This document shows, piece after piece, positions 16,339 to 25,166 of a DNA stretch of 64,000 nt. The first letter of the stretch is position 1, and the number at the start of each line of letters is the position of its first letter. Both the position numbers and the translations under genes were made by a program. The DNA lies in assembly GCA_913020145.1 (NCBI GenBank), contig CAJWAI010000003.1:1243-65242 (forward strand), read 5' to 3'. The notes below the pieces were generated by a model. It had not been told where the DNA came from and did no database searches. It saw only the letters and a program-made list of their open reading frames with translations. Origin of the DNA: an uncultured Gammaproteobacteria bacterium (GTDB lineage Bacteria; Pseudomonadota; Gammaproteobacteria; Magnimaribacterales; TMED112).

Positions 16339-17868
16339 ATGACAGGATTATTTAGAAACATTGTTTTACTAGCTCTATTTGTCTGCTTTGTTCCAATCCT
16401 GTTTCTAGGCATCTTTGATTTAGATGAAGGAGCATTTGCTGCTACATCTCTACAAATGCTAATCGATGAACAATATTTTATTCCTACCATAGGAGATGAC
16501 TTGAGGCTTGAAAAGCCAATTTTGACTTACTGGATTCAGACAATATCTATAAGCATCTTTGGATCGAATGAATTTGCTCTGCGACTTCCATCTTTAATTG
16601 CAGCATTGATATGGGCTATCAGTATTGCAGCTTTCATAAAGGAAGAAGATAGAACAATAAAAGGCACTAATATATTTTTAATCTTTTTTACTCTTCCAGG
16701 CATATTTTTAATAAGCTTTGCTGCGACCGCAGACGCTTTTTTAAACACCTTAATCTCTTTAACTTTTATCTCTCTTTACAAATACAGCAAAAATGAAAAA
16801 GCTTCTCATCTTAATAATGCAGCAATCTTTATTGGCATAGGTTTTCTAGTGAAAGGCTTAACAATTGTTTTTCTAGCTGGAGCAATCTTTTTTCTTTATT
16901 TGCTATTTATTGGCCAAATAAAAATATTTTTCAAAGCAATTATGAGCTATAAGCCATGGGCCATTTTCTTTTTAATAATAATCCCTTGGACAGCAGTAAT
17001 ATTTTTAAGACTTGATTTCGATGCTTTTTCTTACTTATTTTTAGGTCAATCTTTTGGAAGGTTTTCAAATACATTTGAAAGTCATACAGGCCCAGTATAT
17101 TACTACTTAATAATGCTGCCATTTTTAATTCTGCCTTTCTTTACCGATTTTTTAAAAGGGCTTTTCAGTTCAAAATTTAAATCTAATAGATTGGATATGT
17201 TTTTTGGAATCTGGTTTTTATTTGTTCTAATATTTTTTTCCTTCTCAAGCACCAAATTGCCGCACTACTTAATTTATGGTTTAACGCCAGCTGTATATTT
17301 TATTGAGAGGCAGCATTTAAAAACAGCAGGAAAATCTTTATCTATTTTTGCTTTTATCTTTCAAATTCTAATTTGGTCCATGCTTCTAGCATTGCCATTC
17401 TATCTTTCATATTTAATTGAGGTAATGCAAACCTATGAAGCTTCATTAAACGCAATTAATACCTTTGCTAAAGATCTTATCTATCAGGTGCTAATAGGCA
17501 TTATCTTATTAACCATTACCATTTGTTTTTTTCTTAAGTACGACAATGTCAAAGTCAAAAAATTATCTGCTTTAGCCTTTACTATCATATTGTCATTTAA
17601 AATAGCGCCATTTTTGCATTCAGTAACTCAGGGAGACATCAAAGAGTTAGGCCTTTATGCTCGTGATGGTGATAAAGAGGTCTCCATGTATAAGGTTAAT
17701 AAACCAAGCTATGCTTTCTATGCACAAAAAAAATCATTTAGAGGTTTAAGATCTAATTCATTAATTCTTACCAGAAAGGATAAATTAGATTTAGTTGATA
17801 AATCTTTTGAAGTGGTTAAAGAAAGTGAGAATTATTTAATTATTGAAATAAAATCCGATGAAAATTAA
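16339..17868 (+). CDS. ArnT-like GT-C glycosyltransferase (family 39/83, PMT_2-type)
   Basis: 509 aa, polytopic. N-terminal DLDEGAFAATSLQMLIDEQYFIPTIGDDLRLEKPILTYWIQTISISIFGSNEFALRLPS matches the ArnT/PMT signature loop (acidic DE motif, KPPL-YW, NEFA-RLPS). Confidence 0.8.
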   Translation: MTGLFRNIVLLALFVCFVPILFLGIFDLDEGAFAATSLQMLIDEQYFIPTIGDDLRLEKPILTYWIQTISISIFGSNEFALRLPSLIAALIWAISIAAFIKEEDRTIKGTNIFLIFFTLPGIFLISFAATADAFLNTLISLTFISLYKYSKNEKASHLNNAAIFIGIGFLVKGLTIVFLAGAIFFLYLLFIGQIKIFFKAIMSYKPWAIFFLIIIPWTAVIFLRLDFDAFSYLFLGQSFGRFSNTFESHTGPVYYYLIMLPFLILPFFTDFLKGLFSSKFKSNRLDMFFGIWFLFVLIFFSFSSTKLPHYLIYGLTPAVYFIERQHLKTAGKSLSIFAFIFQILIWSMLLALPFYLSYLIEVMQTYEASLNAINTFAKDLIYQVLIGIILLTITICFFLKYDNVKVKKLSALAFTIILSFKIAPFLHSVTQGDIKELGLYARDGDKEVSMYKVNKPSYAFYAQKKSFRGLRSNSLILTRKDKLDLVDKSFEVVKESENYLIIEIKSDEN

Positions 17869-18565
17869 TAGTGATCTTATTTTAGGACTAATATTTTTTG
17901 GTCTTGCATTTAGTTTGAAATTTCTACCAAGCTTTGACATTGCGACACTTAAATTTTTTAACAGTTTTTTATTTAATAGCACTTTTTTCACCTATTTTAC
18001 AGAATTTGGTAATGGCTGGTTCGTCGTTGCCTTAGTTATTCCAGTGCTCTCATTCATATCTTATAAATCTACAACTATGTTGTATGTACCAATACAAGCT
18101 TTAATACTCTCTGGGATATATATAGGTCTAATAATTCAGCTATTGAAAGAAGAAATTTTTCCTTTTACTAGACCAGCTTTAGAAGCAATTGAAGGAATAA
18201 ATTATGTTGAGCCAATATTTCGATACGCTACTTTTCCTAGTGGCCATGCTGCAACAATTTTTGGTGTAATTCTAATTTGGTTGCAGTTAGCTTCACAGGA
18301 AAAACAAAAAATTAGTCGACTAATAACTTTTTCAGCTTTAGGTTTTGCAAGTTTTGTTGCTTTATCAAGAGTAATAATAGCGGCCCATTGGTTTACAGAT
18401 ATTTTGGCTAGTCTTGGATTGGTTTTAATATTGAGATCGACGTTATCATTGGATAAAGTTAAAGCTCATCTTATGGAAGGTAACATAGCTAAATATTTTT
18501 CTTACTTTTTAGTTTTTATAGCTTGGGTAGGCATTATTTTCTTTGATATAACTGAGTATTTTTAA
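17858..18565 (+). CDS. PAP2-family lipid phosphatase (LpxE/LpxF/PgpB-like)
   Basis: Three PAP2 motifs: K-x7-RP (KEEIFPFTRP), PSGH (FPSGHAA) and SR-x5-H-x3-D (SRVIIAAHWFTD). About 6 TM. Confidence 0.8.
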   Translation: MKINSDLILGLIFFGLAFSLKFLPSFDIATLKFFNSFLFNSTFFTYFTEFGNGWFVVALVIPVLSFISYKSTTMLYVPIQALILSGIYIGLIIQLLKEEIFPFTRPALEAIEGINYVEPIFRYATFPSGHAATIFGVILIWLQLASQEKQKISRLITFSALGFASFVALSRVIIAAHWFTDILASLGLVLILRSTLSLDKVKAHLMEGNIAKYFSYFLVFIAWVGIIFFDITEYF

Positions 18566-19092
18566 TGAGTCTAGATATAGAGTTCTCAATTTGGCTTGCT
18601 CAGTTTCAATATTTAGATGGTTTTTTTAGCTTTATTTCTACAAGGTGGTTTGCATTTATTCTTGTACTTCTTGCAGGGATTTACTTCTACTACTTAAAAA
18701 AATTCAAAATCTTTATTTTTATATGTTTGGCAACATCATTTGGAGATTTCACTGGAAATATACTAAAAGAGCTTCTTTCAGATACTCGTCCTTGTTTTGG
18801 ATATAGTGAAATCTTTATCCAAGCGGGTTTAATTGAGCATGAATGCGGTTCTCAGTCTACTGGAATGCCATCAAACCATTCCATTAATTTCTTTCTTTTT
18901 ACTACCTTGTTGTGCCTAACAATAAAAAATAAATTTATATCTTCAATTTTTATAATTTCTTCAGTGTTCGTCGCATTATCTAGAGTTTTTTTAATTAAAC
19001 ATTTACTAAGCCAAGTTATAATAGGAGCATTCATAGGAATTTTCTTAGGGATACTTTTTTATAATTTATTTTACAAATGGATCAAAACGTAG
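18565..19092 (+). CDS. Second PAP2-family lipid phosphatase (variant third motif)
   Basis: K-x6-RP (KELLSDTRP), PSNH (MPSNHS) and SR-x5-H-x3-Q (SRVFLIKHLLSQ), where the final Asp is replaced by Gln. Confidence 0.75.
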   Translation: MSLDIEFSIWLAQFQYLDGFFSFISTRWFAFILVLLAGIYFYYLKKFKIFIFICLATSFGDFTGNILKELLSDTRPCFGYSEIFIQAGLIEHECGSQSTGMPSNHSINFFLFTTLLCLTIKNKFISSIFIISSVFVALSRVFLIKHLLSQVIIGAFIGIFLGILFYNLFYKWIKT

Positions 19093-20045
19093 AAGTTTCA
19101 ATTATCTCACCAGTTTTTAATGAATCTGAAAACATCGAGACCTTTGTTACTCGTGTATTTCAAACTATGCAAGAGAGTGGGCTTAGCTGGGAATTAATCA
19201 TCGTTGATGATGGTAGTACCGATGGATCTAGTGATGCTCTCAAAAGACTATCTCAAGAAAAGTCTGAGCTTAGAGTACTAGTATTATCCAAAAATTTTGG
19301 GCAAACACCTGCAATACAAGCAGGGTTCGATATAGCTAGAGGTAAATACTATGTAACTTTAGATAGCGATCTCCAGAATGATCCAAAAGACATACCAAAA
19401 GTTCTCAATAAGCTTATTGATGAAAAATTAGATCTTGTGGTTGGCTGGAGAAAGAATAGGAAGGACAATTTTTTCTTAAGAAACTTTCCTTCAATGATCG
19501 CCAACAATCTGATAGGAAAAATTACAGGGGTAAAGCTCAACGATTATGGTTGCAGTTTAAAAGCTTACAACGCAGCTATTCTAAAAGAAGTTCGACTTTA
19601 CGGTGAAATGCATAGATTTATTCCAGCATGGATGGCTACAAAAATTTCTCCAGATAAAATTAAACAAATAGAAGTTGATCATCATCCAAGATTGGCTGGC
19701 GTTTCTAAATACGGAATTTTTAGAACTTTCAGAGTTTTTATTGACCTAATATCTGTCTATTTCTTTATGAGATTTTTTAGCAGGCCTGGACATTTTTTTG
19801 GCTTAATAGGATTGATATTAGGTTTTGTCGGCGCAGCAATTCTTATATATTTAGTCTCTATTAAATTGTTCTATGGAATTGATATAGGCGATAGACCCTT
19901 ACTCTTAGCTGGCACTTTACTTGTAGTGGTAGGCGTTCAGTTCATAAGCTTGGGCGTTATTGGGGAAATATTAAGTAGAACTTATTATGCTTCAAGCAAA
20001 GAGAAATCTTACTTAGTGAGATGGGATTCTCATGATGAGCAGTGA
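19077..20045 (+). CDS. GT2 polyprenyl-phosphate glycosyltransferase (ArnC/GtrB/DPM1-like)
   Basis: VSIISPVFNESENI, LIIVDDGSTDGS, TLDSDLQNDP (DXD-type), two C-terminal TM helices as in ArnC/GtrB. Confidence 0.85.
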   Translation: MDQNVEVSIISPVFNESENIETFVTRVFQTMQESGLSWELIIVDDGSTDGSSDALKRLSQEKSELRVLVLSKNFGQTPAIQAGFDIARGKYYVTLDSDLQNDPKDIPKVLNKLIDEKLDLVVGWRKNRKDNFFLRNFPSMIANNLIGKITGVKLNDYGCSLKAYNAAILKEVRLYGEMHRFIPAWMATKISPDKIKQIEVDHHPRLAGVSKYGIFRTFRVFIDLISVYFFMRFFSRPGHFFGLIGLILGFVGAAILIYLVSIKLFYGIDIGDRPLLLAGTLLVVVGVQFISLGVIGEILSRTYYASSKEKSYLVRWDSHDEQ

Positions 20046-21396
20046 AATAAAAAATCTTTTTTTCATTATTTTTTCAGCATTAATTCTAAGAATATTATTT
20101 GATGTTATTAATAGCATGGGTATCCATTATGAAGAGGCTCAATATTGGGTTTGGTCACAGAATCCCTCGTTAAGTTATTTAACAAAAGGACCTTTTATTG
20201 CTAATGCAATAGCAATCTCGGAATGGATTTTTGGCTATGGTTATTTAGGGTTGAAGTTTCTTTCTTTCGATGCTTATGCAGGGACTGCATTAATTATTGG
20301 ATTCTGCGCCTATTTAATTTCAGAAGAAAAAACAGCATTTTATTTAGGGGTTATTTTTACTCTTTTTTCACCTGCAATTTTTGCTCTTGGTGGAGTTGCC
20401 ACAACCGATATATTTCTATTTTTCTTTTGGTCATTATGTTTATTAGGCTATGTAAAATTTTTAAAGACAAAAGATAAAAGATGGTTTTATTTGATAGCTA
20501 TTGGTATTGGTTTTGGCGTGCTAACTAAGCTTTCAATAATATTATTTCCTCTATCTGTTCTGCTTTATTTTGCAATATCAGAATATAGAACATATTTACG
20601 TTCAGTAACTTTATACAAAGCCATGCTAGTTGCTTTAACTTTAGGGTTGCCAATATTAATTTGGAATTATCAAAATGACTGGGCTTCTATTCAGCATGAA
20701 TTTGGACACTTAGTTTCAGATAACCCAACAACAAATCCTGAGGTATTGTTTTTTACTTTACTGATCACCATTCCTTCAATTTTATTTGTGTTGAATAAGA
20801 AGTTTTATCAGTTTGCTCAAAGCAAATTGGTTCAACCAATATTGATTCCAACCTTCTTCGTATTGCTATTCTTTCTCTTTAAAAGCATTGCTGGAAAGAT
20901 TCAATTAAACTGGGCCATACCATTATTTATTAGTTTGATTCCTGTAGTTTCAGCTTTTTTATCTAAATTGCGATTTAAATATCTTGTTTTGAATTTCGCT
21001 GGAATAATTCTTTTATTTGTTTTCTCTAATATTAATTTCACTAAAAACTTTACTCCAAACGACCCAATGCATGCATTAAGAGGTTGGGAATCAGAGGTAC
21101 TTGAATTATTTGGAGATTCACCCTATGACATTATTGTCTCAAATGATTATAAGTTACTATCTCTATCCGCATATTACTTAAATGATAGCCAAAATTTATT
21201 CTTAGATAGCCCGAAGAACTCAAGACTTACTTATTATGATCTTTGGGATAAAGCTATAGAGAAGAATGATGCAATTTTATATGTTTCTTATTCAAATAAA
21301 TCTGTTTTAGATAAGTCTTTAGATTGCTCTTATTTGAATAATGTAAATAATCATTCGAGAAAGCAATTAACTCTGTATACTTGTAAAAAGTTATGA
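20032..21396 (+). CDS. Second ArnT-like GT-C glycosyltransferase (family 39/83)
   Basis: 454 aa, polytopic. YEEAQYWVWSQNPSLSYLTKGPF is the typical DEA-YW-WS loop of PMT_2 proteins. Confidence 0.75.
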   Translation: MMSSEIKNLFFIIFSALILRILFDVINSMGIHYEEAQYWVWSQNPSLSYLTKGPFIANAIAISEWIFGYGYLGLKFLSFDAYAGTALIIGFCAYLISEEKTAFYLGVIFTLFSPAIFALGGVATTDIFLFFFWSLCLLGYVKFLKTKDKRWFYLIAIGIGFGVLTKLSIILFPLSVLLYFAISEYRTYLRSVTLYKAMLVALTLGLPILIWNYQNDWASIQHEFGHLVSDNPTTNPEVLFFTLLITIPSILFVLNKKFYQFAQSKLVQPILIPTFFVLLFFLFKSIAGKIQLNWAIPLFISLIPVVSAFLSKLRFKYLVLNFAGIILLFVFSNINFTKNFTPNDPMHALRGWESEVLELFGDSPYDIIVSNDYKLLSLSAYYLNDSQNLFLDSPKNSRLTYYDLWDKAIEKNDAILYVSYSNKSVLDKSLDCSYLNNVNNHSRKQLTLYTCKKL

Positions 21397-22391
21397 GAAT
21401 AGGGATAGTAGGCGCTGGTAAGTTCGGCTTAGCCTTAGCAAAGATAGCGGCAGAAAAAGAAAATCAAGTATTGCTATATTCTAGAAGAATACACGAAGTA
21501 AATTCTATTAATAATGATGGTAAAAGCCTGTCTGGAGTAGTCTTTCCATCAAATGAAAAAACATCAGCCACAGCAACCACTAAAGATTTAGATAATTGTG
21601 ATGTGCTTTTAATAACTGTCCCAAGCAAAGACTTTAGATCAACAATAGAATCTTTAAATATAGATATACAAACAACCAAGATTGTAAGTTGTGTTAAAGG
21701 TTTTGAAGAGAAAACAGGAAAACTAATGTCAGAGATATTGAAGGATGATTTTGGTATGCCAGAAAATAATATTTTTATTCTTAGTGGACCTAATTTATCG
21801 AAAGAAATATCTGATAAAGAATTAACAGGCACAGTCATAGCTGGCTCAGATAAAGATTTTATAAATCAGTTAAGTAAATCAATAAGCAATAATTACTTTA
21901 TACCTTTTTCAAGCTCAGATAGGTATGGAGTTGAGATGGGTGGCGCCATGAAAAATATCTATGCAATTATTTCAGGTTATTTCCATGAAAAAGGAGTAGG
22001 GGAGAATACAATTGGATTGCTTTTAACTAAAAGCTTAGAAGAGATAAGTCTTTATAGTCATGCTCGTGGTGCAAATGCATCAACATTTCTTGGCCTCTCC
22101 GGAGTGGGAGATTTCTTTTCAACAGCACTATCCCAACATTCAAGAAATTATCAATTTGGAAAATTTTTGGCTATGAATAAAGGATCTGCTGAAGCCTTAG
22201 AAATGGTGAATGATACAGTTGAAGGGTTTTTAACCTCGAAGATTGTTCATTCTGATGCAAAGAAAAGAGGTTTAGACTTAAAAATATTGAATTTTTTAAT
22301 CGAACTATATGAAAATCCTAAATCTTTAGATGAAGCAAAAGAAATTTTTCAAACTGATTCTATAGAAGAAGATAGTAAATTTAATTTTTAA
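21393..22391 (+). CDS. gpsA: NAD(P)H-dependent glycerol-3-phosphate dehydrogenase
   Basis: MRIGIVGAGKFGLALA Rossmann fold, GPNLSKEI, GGAMKNIYAI, NTIGLLLTKSLEE. Confidence 0.9.
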   Translation: MRIGIVGAGKFGLALAKIAAEKENQVLLYSRRIHEVNSINNDGKSLSGVVFPSNEKTSATATTKDLDNCDVLLITVPSKDFRSTIESLNIDIQTTKIVSCVKGFEEKTGKLMSEILKDDFGMPENNIFILSGPNLSKEISDKELTGTVIAGSDKDFINQLSKSISNNYFIPFSSSDRYGVEMGGAMKNIYAIISGYFHEKGVGENTIGLLLTKSLEEISLYSHARGANASTFLGLSGVGDFFSTALSQHSRNYQFGKFLAMNKGSAEALEMVNDTVEGFLTSKIVHSDAKKRGLDLKILNFLIELYENPKSLDEAKEIFQTDSIEEDSKFNF

Positions 22392-24115
22392 ATGAAATCT
22401 TTTTTATTTAGATCAGATTCAATCTCATAATCAAATCCAGTAGAAGTTTTGATATTGTCTTTTGTTATTTTTAAATCTTGTATATCTAAAACATCTTTAT
22501 CGAAGTCATAAATTGGTTTAATGTCACTATTTATAGCTATTTCTTTATTTAATGCTCTTTTTTCTTCTGCTTGTTCTTTATTCTTTATCCATTTAGTGAC
22601 ATCAGTCTTACCATATCTCTTCTCTAATAATCCTTGAGTTAAATCAGCTGAAATAAAAGCACTGGTTGCGTTATTTCCACCAAATCCTTTTGAATTCATA
22701 AAGATTATGTCTTTTCTAGAATCAAATTCTCTGTCTTCTAAGAAGTAATCTAAGTTTTCTGTAAATACATCATCGGCCAACTTAGGTATTGTACAAATTC
22801 CTGTTAATTTCTGACTTTCTACAGCACCCATTGCACACCATATTTGATCCATACCTGCCGCACCCATTGTATGGCCTAATTTTGATTTAACAGAAGATAC
22901 AGGTAAATTTTCAATGCCAAATTCTTTTGCAAAAGTAGACATGATATGAGATTCAGTAATTCTGTTAAGAGGCGTTCCTGTGCCATGAGCAAGAAAAGCA
23001 CTTCTTTCTCTTAATACATTCTCTCCAAAAACCGTTTCAATGTCTTTAAATGTCTTTCCAACTGAGAAATAATTTCCTGCTCCAGGACCAGAAATAGATT
23101 TCTTATTACCATCAGCATTTATATTTACATTAAGAAAACTTCCTCTAATATTTGCGCCTGTTTCCATTGCAAGTCTATCGCTCATTAAAATAGCGAAACC
23201 TGACGATTCTCCACATACCATTCCCATATTGTCACCAAAAGGTCTGCAGTAATTTCTATAGTTCAATTCTTCTCCCTCTCCCAATAAACCTTGAAGAGAT
23301 TTCATTCTTTCATCAGTTGCCATAGCGCCCATAGCAGCAAAACCTATATATGCTGGCGGACCCAAAATTGCTTCTGATGCACCAACAATAACCAACTCAC
23401 TTTTACCATTCTTTATCAGCTCGACCCCAGCATTTAAATTATATAAAGAGGTAGCACATGCACCTATGAAATGACCAGTTATACCAAGACTACCAGTGAC
23501 ATATGCATTAATAAAATCAGCTGGCATTTCTGGCAAAGTAAAGGATATTTGCTTGGATGTAGCTCTTTGACCAAGTGGATGTGATGCAAATAAACCATCA
23601 CCAGAATACCTATCCATATTCATGACTGCACAACCGGCAAAACAACCAACTTTATGCCTGCCATATTGATCAATAATTCCTCTTAGATCTAAACCAGTGT
23701 CAGAAAGAGCATCACTCATACCAACTATAGACATGCCTAGCGCTTTAGGGTGTTGTCTAGAGGCATAATGTGTAGTCGGGTCAAGCTTGAAAGGTAATTG
23801 CGCACTCGCATTTGCAGGCATATCGTAGTCATAACTCCAAAAGGTGTCTCTACAGAATTTATATTCAAGCTTTCGCATTAAGGTGTTATCTAAAACATCC
23901 TTTTCGCTATCTTTTAAAAATTTTTTCAAACCTTTTTCATCAAGATCTTCAGGAATCATTTCACATAGAGATAGTACCGACTTAAGGTAATCCATCTTAT
24001 CCGTATCATTTTGCATTTCATAGATCATTCTCGTGTAACCTAAACTATGAGATGCTCTTCCTGTCGGTGTTAAGCCACCGAAACCAACAATGCAAGGAAT
24101 TGGTTTATTAGCCAT
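22388..24115 (-). CDS. fabY: Extended beta-ketoacyl-ACP synthase, KAS I/II fold, FabY-class (PA5174-like)
   Basis: 575 aa. N-terminal PCIVGFGGLTPTGRAS, FINAYVTGSLGITGHFIGACATSLYNL (active-site Cys), AHGTGTPLN and KLGHTMGAAG (two His), NSKGFGGNNA. Long N- and C-terminal extensions are absent from FabB/FabF. Confidence 0.6.
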   Translation of the reverse strand: MANKPIPCIVGFGGLTPTGRASHSLGYTRMIYEMQNDTDKMDYLKSVLSLCEMIPEDLDEKGLKKFLKDSEKDVLDNTLMRKLEYKFCRDTFWSYDYDMPANASAQLPFKLDPTTHYASRQHPKALGMSIVGMSDALSDTGLDLRGIIDQYGRHKVGCFAGCAVMNMDRYSGDGLFASHPLGQRATSKQISFTLPEMPADFINAYVTGSLGITGHFIGACATSLYNLNAGVELIKNGKSELVIVGASEAILGPPAYIGFAAMGAMATDERMKSLQGLLGEGEELNYRNYCRPFGDNMGMVCGESSGFAILMSDRLAMETGANIRGSFLNVNINADGNKKSISGPGAGNYFSVGKTFKDIETVFGENVLRERSAFLAHGTGTPLNRITESHIMSTFAKEFGIENLPVSSVKSKLGHTMGAAGMDQIWCAMGAVESQKLTGICTIPKLADDVFTENLDYFLEDREFDSRKDIIFMNSKGFGGNNATSAFISADLTQGLLEKRYGKTDVTKWIKNKEQAEEKRALNKEIAINSDIKPIYDFDKDVLDIQDLKITKDNIKTSTGFDYEIESDLNKKDFI

Positions 24116-24959
24116 TATTCGATTTCTCCATTGATAAAATTGTATTGTACATTAGAGTATTAATTGTCATTGGCCCAACACCACCAGGAACAGGAGTGTA
24201 AGCTGAAACTATTTCTGTTATGCCATTCATATCAACATCCCCACATTTTTCATCAGGATGATAGCCCGCATCAATTAAGACTGAACCTTTTTTTAGCTTT
24301 TTGCAATCAATAAAATTGGGAATACCTACAGCAGCAACAACTATGTCGGCTATTGCCAGTAACCCATCCAAATCTTTTGATTTTGAGTGTGCCGTAATAG
24401 TTGTTGCATTGGCATTTAACAGCATAGAAACCATAGGTTTGCCTAAAATTTGACTTCGACCCACAACTAAGGCCAGCTTTCCTTCACATACTACGTTATA
24501 TTCTTTTAACAAACGCATTATGCCAAGTGGAGTGCATGAACCAAATGCACTCAAACCCATTGATAAGTTTCCAAAACCCTCTGTTGTTACCCCATCAACA
24601 TCCTTGCTTAAATTTATACGATTAAAACACTTAATTTCATCAATATGCTTAGGAACAGGATGTTGTAGAAGAATGCCGTCTATAGTTTTATCAGCATTAA
24701 GCTCATCGATAAGAGAAAGTAATTCTTCTGTAGTACAAGACTCATTTTTTTCATGTGTAGAGGTTTTAATCCCAATTTCCTTGCAAGCTTTTTCCTTCAT
24801 TGCAACATAAGTTGCTGAAGCAGGATCATCTCCCACAAGAATGGCAGCTAAAGATGGCGATCTTCCCAGATCATTTTTTAATTTAGAGACTTTTTTTGAA
24901 AGTTCTGCCTTATTCTTTTCAGCAAAGGCTTTTCCATCTAATACAACACAACTATTCAC
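24108..24959 (-). CDS. folD: Bifunctional methylenetetrahydrofolate dehydrogenase/cyclohydrolase
   Basis: LAAILVGDDPASATYV, GILLQHPVP, VVGRSQILGKPM, PVPGGVGPMT. Confidence 0.95.
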   Translation of the reverse strand: MNSCVVLDGKAFAEKNKAELSKKVSKLKNDLGRSPSLAAILVGDDPASATYVAMKEKACKEIGIKTSTHEKNESCTTEELLSLIDELNADKTIDGILLQHPVPKHIDEIKCFNRINLSKDVDGVTTEGFGNLSMGLSAFGSCTPLGIMRLLKEYNVVCEGKLALVVGRSQILGKPMVSMLLNANATTITAHSKSKDLDGLLAIADIVVAAVGIPNFIDCKKLKKGSVLIDAGYHPDEKCGDVDMNGITEIVSAYTPVPGGVGPMTINTLMYNTILSMEKSNNG

Positions 24960-25006
24960 TTGTATACCCTTGAGTTAAAAGCATATAGTTTATATGATTT
25001 CCCTTT

Positions 25007-25083
25007 CGGGGCATAGCGCAGTCTGGTAGCGCACCTGGTTTGGGACCAGGTGGTCGCAGGTTCAAATCCTGCTGCCCCGACCA
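25007..25083 (+). tRNA. tRNA-Pro (anticodon TGG)
   Basis: Acceptor CGGGGCA/TGCCCCG, anticodon stem CCTGG/CCAGG with loop TTTGGGA, T arm GCAGG-TTCAAAT-CCTGC, ACCA end. Confidence 0.95.
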
Positions 25084-25160
25084 GCGCCAGTAGCTCAGCT
25101 GGATAGAGCAGTAGCCTTCTAAGCTATTGGTCGGGGGTTCGAATCCTCCCTGGCGCGCCA
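25084..25160 (+). tRNA. tRNA-Arg (anticodon TCT)
   Basis: Acceptor GCGCCAG/CTGGCGC, anticodon loop CTTCTAA, T arm GGGGG-TTCGAAT-CCTCC, GCCA end. It starts at the nucleotide immediately after the CCA of tRNA-Pro. Confidence 0.95.
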
Positions 25161-25166
25161 ATTTAC

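Noticed and set aside
24952-25161. 69-aa minus-strand ORF (MARQGGFEPPTNSLEGY...)
   Set aside because: It is the reverse-complement translation of the tRNA-Pro and tRNA-Arg genes. GFEP and similar peptides are a classic tRNA T-arm artefact.
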